A DNA stretch of 64,000 nt from a virus (IMGVR_UViG_2563367173_000002:1-64000), one strand, 5' to 3'; numbered from the stretch's first letter, positions 1 through 9,805 are shown. Made by a program: numbers and translations. The notes: generated by a model not told the origin, from the sequence alone.

Positions 1-164
1 TGCGTTCCTTTATGAGCACGGCCCAGCGCTCTGCGATTACATCGTGTTTTAAATCTGACACTAACTACACCTCACTTTCAAAACTGGTATGAGTTTTCAA
101 AGCTATGTACATGGACTGTGAAAAGTGATATAAGTTTTCACAGTTTCAATAGTAACTAATAATA

Positions 165-190
165 GCCTTGAGATAGATTATTCTCAAGGC
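165..190 (+). terminator. stem-loop, probable terminator for a + strand transcript entering from the left edge
   Basis: gccttgaga-tagattat-tctcaaggc inverted repeat; a + strand frame (..AFLYEHGPALCDYIVF*) ends at 52. Confidence 0.4.
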
Positions 191-297
191 CATTATATAC
201 AAATTTCTTCTATTATGCACGGTACGCGCTTTTTACCGTTTACTATTTGATTGTAAGATATAATTTAGTTAGTAGGTATTTTGGTGAAATAGAAAAC

Positions 298-335
298 AAT
301 ACTATTCGCAAAAGACATGTTTTACGAATAGTATT
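298..335 (-). terminator. long stem-loop closing the minus-strand operon after dut
   Basis: aatactattcg...cgaatagtatt inverted repeat about 60 bp past the dut stop. Confidence 0.55.
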
Positions 336-392
336 GATATAAATCCATAATCTTTAATAAACTATAATTTTAAAGATTACTCTTAATTATTT

Positions 393-836
393 TTATTTTA
401 TTCCAGTGCTTCCATGTCCGCCCCGATTTGCATGATTTAGCTTAGTGACTTCATAAAATTCTAATTCAGGTTGATGTTCTAAAATTCTAAATTGGCATAT
501 TCTATCATTTATGTGTATTTCTGTATCTCGCATTGCAAGTGCTGGGAAAAACCATTGATCATTGTCACCACAATAGGATTCATCAATAAGTCCCATGTGA
601 TTTGTTTGAATTATACCGAAATTTTTAAATGTAGAACTTCTTGGTATCATATGTGCTTCATATCCTTTTGGTAATTGTACAGCTATCCCAAGAGGTATTA
701 ATTTAAATTCTCCTTTTTTTAGTTTTATATTTTCTGCAGATCTCAAATCAATCCAATCTGATTTTCCGTTAACATAACATAATTTCTCAATTTTATCTGA
801 AAAATATTTAATATTTATTTTTATTTTTTCTTTCAT
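393..836 (-). CDS. dut: trimeric dUTPase
   Basis: dUTPase motifs: DWIDL, PRSS, GLIDESYCG, RICQ, C-terminal RGGHGSTG. Confidence 0.93.
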   Translation of the reverse strand: MKEKIKINIKYFSDKIEKLCYVNGKSDWIDLRSAENIKLKKGEFKLIPLGIAVQLPKGYEAHMIPRSSTFKNFGIIQTNHMGLIDESYCGDNDQWFFPALAMRDTEIHINDRICQFRILEHQPELEFYEVTKLNHANRGGHGSTGIK

Positions 837-920
837 TAATATATCCTTTCTATTATAAAAATTTTAAGATTAAATCCAGATTTTTACTTTATAAAAATTA
901 TCGTAAATTAATATTACAGT

Positions 921-1070
921 TTACGATGTAATATTTTTATTATCACAAGGAATACGCTGTCCATAAATATATTTTTTATTTTTTAATTTGCAGTATATAA
1001 TTATTTTTGCTTTATTAGTTTCATCTAAAATACTATAATTACACTTTTCACATTCGTTTGTTGTTATCAT
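921..1070 (-). CDS. small Cys-containing hypothetical protein (49 aa, not in ORF track)
   Basis: Translated by hand: MITTNECEKCNYSILDETNKAKIIIYCKLKNKKYIYGQRIPCDNKNITS*; fills the gap in the operon. Confidence 0.55.
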   Translation of the reverse strand: MITTNECEKCNYSILDETNKAKIIIYCKLKNKKYIYGQRIPCDNKNITS

Positions 1071-1078
1071 TTTTTCAC

Positions 1079-1432
1079 TCATGAATTTTTAAGCCTCATT
1101 TTCTTTATTTTACATTTTTTTAATTGTTTGTTGATATTTTTATATATCATTTTTAGTATATCATCAAAATTACCATATTCATAATTATAGAATGGAGTAT
1201 AATAATTTCCTTTTAGGTCATATACATTTAGAAAAATAGATCCGTCAGTTGTGTCGATTGTGATTTCTCCTTCTATAGAAGCAGATGAATTATATTTTAC
1301 AACAGGGAAACGCATAGAATAATATTTTCTGTCGCAATCACTTGTTATTTTATTATGACAAAATCCTAAAGCATGTAAGTTTTTATGGGAAAAGTCTTTT
1401 ATTATGTATTTATTTTTTAATATATTTTCCAA
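1079..1432 (-). CDS. hypothetical protein
   Basis: ORF in operon orientation, AAGGG upstream. Confidence 0.6.
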   Translation of the reverse strand: MENILKNKYIIKDFSHKNLHALGFCHNKITSDCDRKYYSMRFPVVKYNSSASIEGEITIDTTDGSIFLNVYDLKGNYYTPFYNYEYGNFDDILKMIYKNINKQLKKCKIKKMRLKNS

Positions 1433-1468
1433 GTAAACTACCCTTTCATAATTTTTTAGAACATGTGA

Positions 1469-1651
1469 TTAATTATTTTTATTAGAAATTTTTAATATAT
1501 CAGAAATAAATGATAGTGTGTGTAAAGGATTATTTAGAAATATTATATTTATAAGGTCTTCTGTAGAAAACTCCTTATTATCTATAATATTAGATTCATT
1601 AACTGAATTATTTTTATGATGAATATTTTTTGTCAATTTCTTTAACTCCAT
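1469..1651 (-). CDS. hypothetical protein (possibly degenerate)
   Basis: Short, very AT-rich ORF in operon orientation. Confidence 0.35.
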   Translation of the reverse strand: MELKKLTKNIHHKNNSVNESNIIDNKEFSTEDLINIIFLNNPLHTLSFISDILKISNKNN

Positions 1652-1657
1652 AAATAT

Positions 1658-2040
1658 TTAGTTTGCTACTATATGTTTGTCGTCATTTGTAATGTAGTAA
1701 TTTTGAATTATACCTTGACAAAATGGTTTGCCTTGATCTATATTAAATTCAAATTCACTATTGTTTGTAATTTTAATAATAATATGATATTCTTCTGTAG
1801 GATCTGAAGTATTTGCGTCGATAATACCAGTTATATTTACAAGATCAAAATTGGATATCGAATTAATATTTTGAGTTTGAAATTATAAAATTTTATTATC
1901 TGGAATGTTTGTACATTTAATTCCAGTTGGTATTACCATTTCTCCTTCTGAACAAAAAATTGCATCCATAGGAATAAAAAATCATACCCTGCAGATTTGC
2001 TTGTTTTACGCGTTGGAAGTTTAATATTATTGTAAATAGC
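1658..2040 (-). pseudogene. dut: second, degenerate dUTPase
   Basis: IKLPTRKTSKSAGYDF, then a frameshift in a T6 run (1976-1981) to ..VIPTGIK..; in-frame TAA at 1883-1885; then TGIIDA..FCQGII. Confidence 0.75.
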
Positions 2041-2199
2041 TTGGATGTATTCTTTTAGGGATGATGAAACTTGTTCGTATGTATAATCCGACAACATCAT
2101 TAGCCATAAATTTGTTGTTGCTTTCTTATCTTTTGGGTTAAAATTCGGAAATGCCACTTGAATTGTTGCGAGAAGTTCTTGAACTTGTTCTCTTGTCAT
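1933..2199 (-). pseudogene. chimeric ORF: G39P-like helicase loader/inhibitor N-terminus fused to the dUTPase remnant
   Basis: MTREQVQELLATIQVAFPNF..LWLMMLSDYTYEQV resembles SPP1 G39P-family N-termini; switches abruptly into dUTPase motif 1. Confidence 0.6.
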
Positions 2200-2612
2200 T
2201 CAATCATCCCTTTCGCAACCGCCTTTTCGTTTCTCAATTTATGCCAAATTGCAACACCTTTATTGTCTTTGTCTATGGTATTCTTCCATTCCTCCCAATT
2301 TTTAGGAACAAACTCCTTCCATTCGCAGTCAGAAAGAACAATGGATAATTCGTCTTTTGCCTTATCGTCAACATTTAACGGAGGTTTCCAAAGATTGATA
2401 AAGTAAATTTCATACAAATTCATGTCGGCTTCGCTCTGAAATTCCGTATATTCAATTTTCGTTACATTATGTATGTCTATTGCTCTGTGCATAGGTTTGG
2501 CGAACATATGACCTCTAAGCCTTGCTTGTAACGGTTGCTTTGTTCTTCCTAAATATGCCAAACAATTTCCATACCATATTCGGTATAAAATAAATCCTTG
2601 TGGGCTTTTCAT
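2196..2612 (-). CDS. GIY-YIG-superfamily nuclease-like protein
   Basis: ILYRI..AYLGRTKQPLQARLRGH, E-x3-I..P-x-LN pattern. Confidence 0.65.
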   Translation of the reverse strand: MKSPQGFILYRIWYGNCLAYLGRTKQPLQARLRGHMFAKPMHRAIDIHNVTKIEYTEFQSEADMNLYEIYFINLWKPPLNVDDKAKDELSIVLSDCEWKEFVPKNWEEWKNTIDKDNKGVAIWHKLRNEKAVAKGMIE

Positions 2613-2743
2613 ATCAGCTATTCCTCCATTCGCTTAAAATTTAAATTCTGATGCGCATTTATCGCATACTTTTAAATTATCTTCCTCTATATATGCGCCA
2701 CACAACTTGCAATAATGATGTTTAACTTTGTTTTCCATTTCCT

Positions 2744-3013
2744 TTAATACATTTTCAGCAGCTTCTTTTGTGAGGAAAAATTCATATCCCATTTGCCGTC
2801 AATTCTATGCGCTGCGCCATCCAATGTCTGAAATTCACAGTTTCCATTCAGCAGCGGCAGAACATCATTCTGTATATGCCATTCTTCATGCCCTCCGCTA
2901 CACGGTTCTATGTCGCAGGAATACGCTTCATGCCCTAACTTCCGAAACTCTATACAAACCCTTTGGCTTTCCTCACAGGCTACTAAAACTTTCAAAATCT
3001 CACTTCCTTTCAA
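2744..3013 (-). pseudogene. truncated DNA cytosine methyltransferase N-terminus
   Basis: KVLVACEESQRVC..GHEAYSCDI..HIQNDVL..KWDM, broken just before the expected PPC catalytic motif. Confidence 0.7.
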
Positions 3014-3044
3014 AATGGATACAAGCTTAATTCAACCGCTTCTC

Positions 3045-3432
3045 CCGCCGCGGCACAGATGCTTATAAGAAGATTTATAATCAACGCACCGCCACGGAAC
3101 GTATCAACAACCGCATCCTCAATGATTACGGACTGCACCGTATGTTCATACACACAAAGGAGCATTATTCTTTCATGACAACCATGATTGGAATCTGCAT
3201 CCATCTGGATGTCCGCTATAAACAGCAGGTGCAGACAGTGGCATAAACCAAGTTTCCTGCTTCCGGATTCTTTCAGGCCTGTTTTTCGACAGGTTTTAAA
3301 GTCATGCACATTTTTATTCTTTATGCTCTCTGGACTGCTCAAGCCCCATAATCATCCATCCCTTATCCCTCTCATTTCTGAAAATCAACCTTTTCCTGCT
3401 TATTCTCTATTGAGTTTCCGAGAGTGCTCTAT
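3045..3432 (+). mobile_element. 3' remnant of a DDE insertion sequence (transposase C-terminus plus right end)
   Basis: GC-richer patch; + frame PRGTDAYKKIYNQRTATERINNRIL..VA* (stop 3244-3246) carries the Y-x2-R-x3-E signature of IS4-like transposases. Confidence 0.7.
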
Positions 3433-3521
3433 TATTTGCGGACTTCCTTTCGAAGAAGTCCGTTGAGTGATTAACGTTACATTTAGTAGATAAGTTTTAT
3501 ATTTTTAATAATAAAAACAGT

Positions 3522-3890
3522 TTATATACAATATAAAATAATTCTATTAGATGATAATGATTCTTTTACAGAAATTACTCGTTGATTTGATGAACCACGC
3601 CAATTTAATGAAATATTTTGTTGTGATTCTAAGTATCTATCATCTATTAACACATCACATTGAGATATAATTTGTTGTCTTTTCAACCTATCTATTTCAG
3701 TTTTTTGAGTTTTAGGATAATAATGATATTTTTGTTCAAATATGTATTCCCATGTATAGCCTGTATATATCCAAATGGATTTGTATTGAGATGAAAGACG
3801 GAATTCATTGACCAAATCAAGAACGTCATCAAGATTTTCTTTTGCCAGTGGTTCCCCTCGTATGTAATCATTTATAATTACCTTCTCCAT
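3522..3890 (-). pseudogene. nrdG: 5'-truncated anaerobic RNR activase (resident nrdG remnant)
   Basis: GEPL, IWIYTGYTWE, CDVLIDD, WRGSSNQRVI present; CxxxCxxC missing. Confidence 0.75.
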
Positions 3891-5896
3891 AAAACAACTT
3901 CTCCAGCCTTTCTAGTCTCATTTAAATCAATAATCCTTTGATTAGAAGATCCTTTAAAAAGTAAATCAGTATTTCTAAGATCATTTTCAAATCTACCATC
4001 TACCAGAACATCCACTAAATTTAGTAATTTACTTGTAACAGAGTCGCCAATTAATTCTTCATATGTATGTCCTGAATATAACCAGATATTTCTATTTTCG
4101 TTTTTTAACATTTGTGCTAATTTAATAAACGCTTTTGCTTGTAAACTACATTCCCCTCCTGAAAAAGTAATATCATTACCATTTTCAAGTAATAATTTTG
4201 CCAAATTATTAACAGAACTAGGTTTTCCATTTTTTATATTGTGACTTTGTGGATTATGGCATCCATTACAATGTAAATTACATTTTGCGCAATATACTGT
4301 GTTTCTAAAACCAACGCCATCTACAATAGTGTCGTATTCAATATCCATATAATAGATAACACCAGATCCATCGCCAATAAATTTATCATTATAATTTTTA
4401 ATATCTTTGTATGAATATGTCCATGTATCATTAACGATATTTCTAACAGTTTCTCTATTTATCCCCGTTAAATCTGTAATTTCTCTATTGGTATATAAAT
4501 TACCATCTTTAAGATTCTTAACCATAATATAATCTTCTTTTTTTGTATTATCTAATATGTGTCTATTATCTATGACATCAATATTTTCAGTGATATTTTT
4601 ATAAGTCTTTTTATTTGCAATATTTGAAGAAACTCCCCTCCCAACTCCATATTTTTTATCTAATTGCCTATAAGGAATGCAATTTTGTAATGCATCCTTA
4701 TAAATATTAATAATTATTTCTTCTGTTAACAATGGTTTGGGTTGTTTTTTTTGCTTGCTACCTTCTCGTTCATACCATTTAAAGTATCCTGTATGATTTT
4801 GCCAATATCCTCTTCCACGCGAAACCATGTCGTCATGATTTTCTTGTGAATTTCCTATAATTAAATGATCTGGATTGCAACATTGCGGATTGTCACACAT
4901 ATGTCTCGTTAGTTCGTCATTATTAACTTTTAGTTCTCTTCCTAATTTTATTTCAAGAACACGTTTATGGAGTTTTATCTTTTTCTTTCCAGAGTATACA
5001 TAAACATAACCATCTGGATGTTGACTATGACTTATACAATTCCAGCATCCATTTTCGCCAACCTCAACAATAATGGGTTTTCTGTTACTTTCAATATCTT
5101 TTAAATCTCGTATATTTAATAATTTATAATGAGTGTCGTCTATAATTCCAACTTGTAAATTATCCTTTATAAATATCCCATCTATATCAGTATTATTATC
5201 TGAAAATAATCTAAAAGTTTTTTCATTAGATTGTATCAAGTTTTTATATCTCATATCATACATGTCATTATTTTTAAACAAAATATAATTGCATTCTATA
5301 TCACCAATCAAATTTCGATATAAATACCTATGTAATTTGATATTATCTTTTGATACAATAAATCCGTCTGTCTTGCTATATAACCAATGGATATGCTTTA
5401 CATAATCAACTGCGTTTAAATCAATTTTAACTAATGCTATATCAATTTGATCAGAACCTCTAACATGTAGTATGGCGTAATCATTCTCATATGAAATTTC
5501 ATTCAAATCACAACAAGTAGTTGCTAAACACTTCCCATATTTTTTCATATGTTCAGTATGTTTACTACAATAATAATGACCATCAAATATTTTAGTAGCC
5601 TTTTTACCACAATAGATACAAACATTATTTTTAGTGTTAAAATATGTTGTAGCACAAGAATTACACAACGTATGTTGTTGTTTATAATAATCACAATATT
5701 GAATTCTATGTTCCTTTTTACACATCGGACATTCTGTATTAATTTTGACATGCGATGTTGGTTTGATGTCATCCACTTTTACATGAATGACATCTCCAAA
5801 ATTACCATTGTAACCAAGTTCTTTATAGTATTTCATATTCTTGCTTCCAAGTTTTACATCAACAGAATCCGATAATATACATTTAATATTATCTAT
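3878..5896 (-). CDS. nrdG: HNH homing-endonuclease::NrdG fusion protein (probable ATA start at 5896; first ATG at 5836)
   Basis: Zn-ribbons, HNH (RHMCDNPQCCNPDHL..NHDD) and HTH repeats, then in-frame NrdG (CNLHCNGC, TFSGGE, VDVLVDGRF, FKGSSNQR). Confidence 0.85.
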   Translation of the reverse strand: MDNIKCILSDSVDVKLGSKNMKYYKELGYNGNFGDVIHVKVDDIKPTSHVKINTECPMCKKEHRIQYCDYYKQQHTLCNSCATTYFNTKNNVCIYCGKKATKIFDGHYYCSKHTEHMKKYGKCLATTCCDLNEISYENDYAILHVRGSDQIDIALVKIDLNAVDYVKHIHWLYSKTDGFIVSKDNIKLHRYLYRNLIGDIECNYILFKNNDMYDMRYKNLIQSNEKTFRLFSDNNTDIDGIFIKDNLQVGIIDDTHYKLLNIRDLKDIESNRKPIIVEVGENGCWNCISHSQHPDGYVYVYSGKKKIKLHKRVLEIKLGRELKVNNDELTRHMCDNPQCCNPDHLIIGNSQENHDDMVSRGRGYWQNHTGYFKWYEREGSKQKKQPKPLLTEEIIINIYKDALQNCIPYRQLDKKYGVGRGVSSNIANKKTYKNITENIDVIDNRHILDNTKKEDYIMVKNLKDGNLYTNREITDLTGINRETVRNIVNDTWTYSYKDIKNYNDKFIGDGSGVIYYMDIEYDTIVDGVGFRNTVYCAKCNLHCNGCHNPQSHNIKNGKPSSVNNLAKLLLENGNDITFSGGECSLQAKAFIKLAQMLKNENRNIWLYSGHTYEELIGDSVTSKLLNLVDVLVDGRFENDLRNTDLLFKGSSNQRIIDLNETRKAGEVVLWRR

Positions 5897-5913
5897 ATAT
5901 CAGTACCTCCGTT

Positions 5914-8121
5914 TCAATTGTGGCAAACTCTATCATTAAGTTCTGCTAATTTTGCATTATTCCAACTATTTATTGCTCCAACTAAATAGCCAGTAATTCT
6001 TTCAATAGTGTCTATATTTTCGCTTCCACACTCCAAACATTGCTTTAAGTCTCTTATAGCACTTTCCCAACCACAATCAAGACAGCGATTTCTCAAATGA
6101 TTAATGGAACCATATCCAATATTATTATCGCGAATAATTTTAACTACCTGCATAACTGCTTCTGGATTGTGCGTTGCATCACCATCCAATTCTACATAGA
6201 AGATATGCCCTCCGAGAGTTAATTCATGATATGGAGATTCAACTTCAGCTTTATGTTTAATCGTGCAGTGATACCACACAGGTACATGATTTGAATTTGT
6301 GTAATATTCCTTATCTGTTATATGTTCAATTATTCCAAAATCTTTCTTGTCTTTCTTAGTGAATCTTCCTGATAGTCCTTCTGCTGGTGTAGCCAACACA
6401 GAATAATTCAAATCATATTCATCAGCCCATACTCTTACTCTATCTCTAAGATGTGTAATAATTTCAATACCCAATTTCTGTGATTTTTCAGATTCTCCAT
6501 GATGTTTTCCTGTTAATGCAATTAGGCATTCAGCAAGTCCGATAAATCCTATACCTAATGTTCCTTGCTTTAAAACATCTTCAACCTTATCGTTTTTATC
6601 CAATTTATCAGAATCATTCCACAATCCTGCCATTAATAAAGGAAACTGCGATTTAAGTGCTGTCCTTTGGAAGCAATATCTGTCATACAATTGTCTTACT
6701 GCTACATCTGTGTATTTATCTAATTTTTCATAAAATTTACATATCTTCTTCTCATAATTCTCAATTTCCATGCATTCTAACGCAAGTTTAACAATATTGA
6801 TTGTCGTAAAAGATAAATTCCCTCTTCCAATAGATGATTTTTCCCCATGTCTATTTTCAAACACTCTCGTTCTGCAGCCCATTGTTGCGCATTCATATTT
6901 ATATCTTTCAGGATCCTTCTCATTCCATAGATTATTTATATTAAATGGAGTATCTAAGTTAATGAAATTTGGGAAAAATCGTCTTGCCGTTACTTTACAA
7001 GCAAGTTCCAATAAGTCATAATTCTTATCGCCTTTTTCTGCACTCAATCCTTTTTTCAGTTTCCAAATTTGAATGGGAAAAATTGGTGTTTCTCCGTTAC
7101 CCACTCCATCATATGTAGAGTTTAAAATTTCTCGAATAATACATCTTCCTTCTGCGCTCGTATCTGTACCATAATTTATTGAGCTGAATACAACCTGATT
7201 CCCACCACGGCTATGTATTGTGTTCATATTATGAATAAATGCCTCCATAGACTGATGAACTCTTGATACAGTTTTATTAATTGCTTGTTGTTTTACTCTG
7301 TCTTTACCTGTCAATGTTTTTAATGGTCTTTTTACATAATCTTCAATTTCTTCATCAAAGAGGTAAGTGTAATCAATACCAGTAAACTCAATGAGTTTCT
7401 CTACTTCTTCAATGTATGTTTTTCTTACGTATGGTGCCAAATAATAATCAAATGCTGGAATTGCTTGTCCTCCATGCATCTCATTTTGTACCGTCTCCAT
7501 GCTGATGCAACCAATAATTGAAGCTGTCTCAATTCTTTTTGCTGGTCTACTTGAACCATGTCCTGCCCTAAAACCATTATTTAAAATTCTATCAAGAGGA
7601 TGCTGTAGGCAAGTTAATGACTTGGTTGGATAATAATCTTTATCATGTATATGGATATAATTATTATCAACTGCTTCTCTTGCTTCATTACTAATTAATT
7701 CATCATCTGTATATGCTTTTGTTGTCTCACTTGCAAACTTCATCATCATGCCAGCAGGTGTTTCAGCATTCATATTTGCATTTTCTTTTGTAACATCATT
7801 AGACTCAGTATTAACTATGCTGTTAAATACTGCATATGTTTTAGATTTTCTAATTTTATTCCTTTCGTTTCTATATATAATATATTTTCTCGCCACATCT
7901 TTACGATTACTTGCCATCAGTCTTTCTTCTACCTGATCCTGAATCTCCTCAACAGTCATGCTCTTATTTAAAGCTTCTATAAAATTAGCGATATCCCTGG
8001 CTTTTTCTTTTGCATAAGCCGTTTCCTCGCCATCTACATCTATAAATGCTTTTAGAACAGCTATCTTGATTTTCTCTTTATCAAATTTAACTTTACGTCC
8101 ATCTCTTTTTTGTACTGTCAA
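5914..8121 (-). CDS. nrdD: class III (anaerobic) ribonucleotide reductase with ATP cone
   Basis: VQKRDG ATP cone, HIHD, MGCRT, ATPAEGL, C-terminal CxxC pairs and RITGYL glycyl-radical motif; start moved to the TTG after AGGAGG. Confidence 0.95.
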   Translation of the reverse strand: MTVQKRDGRKVKFDKEKIKIAVLKAFIDVDGEETAYAKEKARDIANFIEALNKSMTVEEIQDQVEERLMASNRKDVARKYIIYRNERNKIRKSKTYAVFNSIVNTESNDVTKENANMNAETPAGMMMKFASETTKAYTDDELISNEAREAVDNNYIHIHDKDYYPTKSLTCLQHPLDRILNNGFRAGHGSSRPAKRIETASIIGCISMETVQNEMHGGQAIPAFDYYLAPYVRKTYIEEVEKLIEFTGIDYTYLFDEEIEDYVKRPLKTLTGKDRVKQQAINKTVSRVHQSMEAFIHNMNTIHSRGGNQVVFSSINYGTDTSAEGRCIIREILNSTYDGVGNGETPIFPIQIWKLKKGLSAEKGDKNYDLLELACKVTARRFFPNFINLDTPFNINNLWNEKDPERYKYECATMGCRTRVFENRHGEKSSIGRGNLSFTTINIVKLALECMEIENYEKKICKFYEKLDKYTDVAVRQLYDRYCFQRTALKSQFPLLMAGLWNDSDKLDKNDKVEDVLKQGTLGIGFIGLAECLIALTGKHHGESEKSQKLGIEIITHLRDRVRVWADEYDLNYSVLATPAEGLSGRFTKKDKKDFGIIEHITDKEYYTNSNHVPVWYHCTIKHKAEVESPYHELTLGGHIFYVELDGDATHNPEAVMQVVKIIRDNNIGYGSINHLRNRCLDCGWESAIRDLKQCLECGSENIDTIERITGYLVGAINSWNNAKLAELNDRVCHN

Positions 8122-8135
8122 TAACCATTTCCTCC

Positions 8136-8240
8136 TTACATATTTAATAAAGCACATCCCAAAATAATAATTCCAATACCTACAACTGCTTTCCAATCAA
8201 AATCAAACCTAAAAAATCCATCAAATAAATCAATTTTCAT
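8136..8240 (-). CDS. 34-aa putative single-pass membrane peptide (not in ORF track)
   Basis: MKIDLFDGFFRFDFDWKAVVGIGIIILGCALLNM*; GGAAGGGG RBS; stop abuts the nrdD RBS. Confidence 0.55.
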   Translation of the reverse strand: MKIDLFDGFFRFDFDWKAVVGIGIIILGCALLNM

Positions 8241-8284
8241 ATTTATATACCCCTTCCTTCACTCGTTGAAAACAAGTATATTTA

Positions 8285-8514
8285 TTAAATCTTCATTAAT
8301 GTATATCCAAGTACTCTAAGTGCTCTTGACATACCAATACCACAATCTGTTTCGAATATTTCATATTCTAACATTTTATTTTATATTGTATGCTTGAAGT
8401 ACTTTAAATCCTATACATTGCATAATTCTCTAAAAGATGATGAATAATCATGATTTTTTAAATAAGAAATAATACATTTCAAAATATTTTTCTTGTTTGA
8501 TAATATTTTTTCAT
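8285..8514 (-). pseudogene. LexA-type DNA-binding-domain small protein, decayed
   Basis: Fragments SYLKNHDYSSSFRELCNV*DLK / STSSI / FETDCGIGMSRALRVLGY resemble the LexA winged-HTH; several frameshifts and stops. Confidence 0.5.
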
Positions 8515-8628
8515 ACTTGTAATTCTACATTAAAACATTTTGCTTTTTTGATACTTCCATTCTTGAAATCATGTAAAATTATACTTAAAGAGTAACGGAA
8601 CAACACATATCATATTATTATATATTTT

Positions 8629-9117
8629 CTATGAACAATAATAATTTTTAATGTATATAAGGGAATCGGTTAACGCTGTTGTTTTATTGGTTTCAATTCT
8701 ACTACAGGAATCTAAAATCCAAGGTTCTGTCAGATATCTATCGTCCCCATAGTCTTTATCATCTTTATATTCGTAAAATCCAATGATGGGAATATTATGG
8801 GCGTCTGCGAAAAAGACTTCGTTCAAAGTAATAACAGAATCTTTAATATGGTCCAGATTGACTAATAAAATGTCACACTTGCTAATTTTATATAATAATA
8901 AGCGTCTTATTTCTTGATCAGATCTTATAAAATTATCGTTATAATTTGAGTAATAATTGCATGGATTGATTGCTTTCATGTTATCACCAAATCTATTAAT
9001 CCATTCTTCTACTAATTTTCTCCAAGTGAATGGATAATTTGTATTTGCATTATCTATATACCATTTTTCTGCTCCAGATAAATATATATTGTATTTGCTC
9101 AAGTGTTGTCTCCTCAT
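8629..9117 (-). CDS. nucleoside 2-deoxyribosyltransferase-like protein
   Basis: IYLSG, CDILLVNL..S..T..E..A...IPIIG pattern. Confidence 0.65.
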   Translation of the reverse strand: MRRQHLSKYNIYLSGAEKWYIDNANTNYPFTWRKLVEEWINRFGDNMKAINPCNYYSNYNDNFIRSDQEIRRLLLYKISKCDILLVNLDHIKDSVITLNEVFFADAHNIPIIGFYEYKDDKDYGDDRYLTEPWILDSCSRIETNKTTALTDSLIYIKNYYCS

Positions 9118-9168
9118 AGATAAATTTAATGTGATAATATTTATTTTTAGATAAAACAGTTACTTGAT

Positions 9169-9687
9169 TCAACTTATTTTATGCAGTAAATTTTTAGCTT
9201 CAATTCTTAAATCAAGTAAATTTTTATTGTTATAAATTATGTAATCATAATTGTAATTAAATACATTTTTATCTGATATATTTGATGTGATTTGATTAAC
9301 AGAATCTCTAACAATTAAGATGGTTTTTGCCTTAAATTCCTCGACAGCTCTTGCTATTTCATATGGTTCTCTAATATGTAAAAATAGAATGATGTTTTCT
9401 TTATTTTCCAGGAATTCGCTGACTTTATTTTTCATGCTTTTAAAAGGCATGTCGCAATAATTACTACTTAAAGATTTTAAATCAGATAAAAATTTTCTGT
9501 CTTTTTCTGTTTTTTCACCATTCCAACCAATATATCTTGCAATTTCTTTGACTCTATCAATAGACGAAAAATTAACTACTGTATGAAATCTTTTCATAAT
9601 ATCATTTAATTCGTCTGATACTAATTTTACAAATGTATCCTTTCCTACACCACCTGATCCATTTATAACAAAAATTTGTTTGTTCAA
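9169..9687 (-). CDS. P-loop (d)NMP kinase-like protein
   Basis: INGSGGVGKDT Walker A; TTG start at 9687 after GGAGG. Confidence 0.7.
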   Translation of the reverse strand: MNKQIFVINGSGGVGKDTFVKLVSDELNDIMKRFHTVVNFSSIDRVKEIARYIGWNGEKTEKDRKFLSDLKSLSSNYCDMPFKSMKNKVSEFLENKENIILFLHIREPYEIARAVEEFKAKTILIVRDSVNQITSNISDKNVFNYNYDYIIYNNKNLLDLRIEAKNLLHKIS

Positions 9688-9700
9688 ATATTTTCCTCCG

Positions 9701-9805
9701 TTATTTACTATATGAAATAATCTTTTCAAAGCCATGGTGTGTTGCAAGTTCATTTTCAATTGTGGACTTCCCTGATCCGGAAGCCCCTAACAAAACAATA
9801 ATCAT
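9701..9805 (-). pseudogene. guanylate kinase N-terminal stump (34 aa)
   Basis: MIIVLLGASGSGKSTIENELATHHGFEKIISYSK*; breaks at the Gmk 'ISYTTR' motif. Confidence 0.7.

Noticed and set aside
1-52. AgrD-like autoinducer peptide at the left edge
   Set aside because: Only a 16-codon C-terminal fragment is visible and the typical motif is not convincing.
3010-3466. ORFs 3010..3342 (-) and 3188..3466 (+)
   Set aside because: Shadow frames over the IS remnant; the meaningful frame is the start-less transposase tail.
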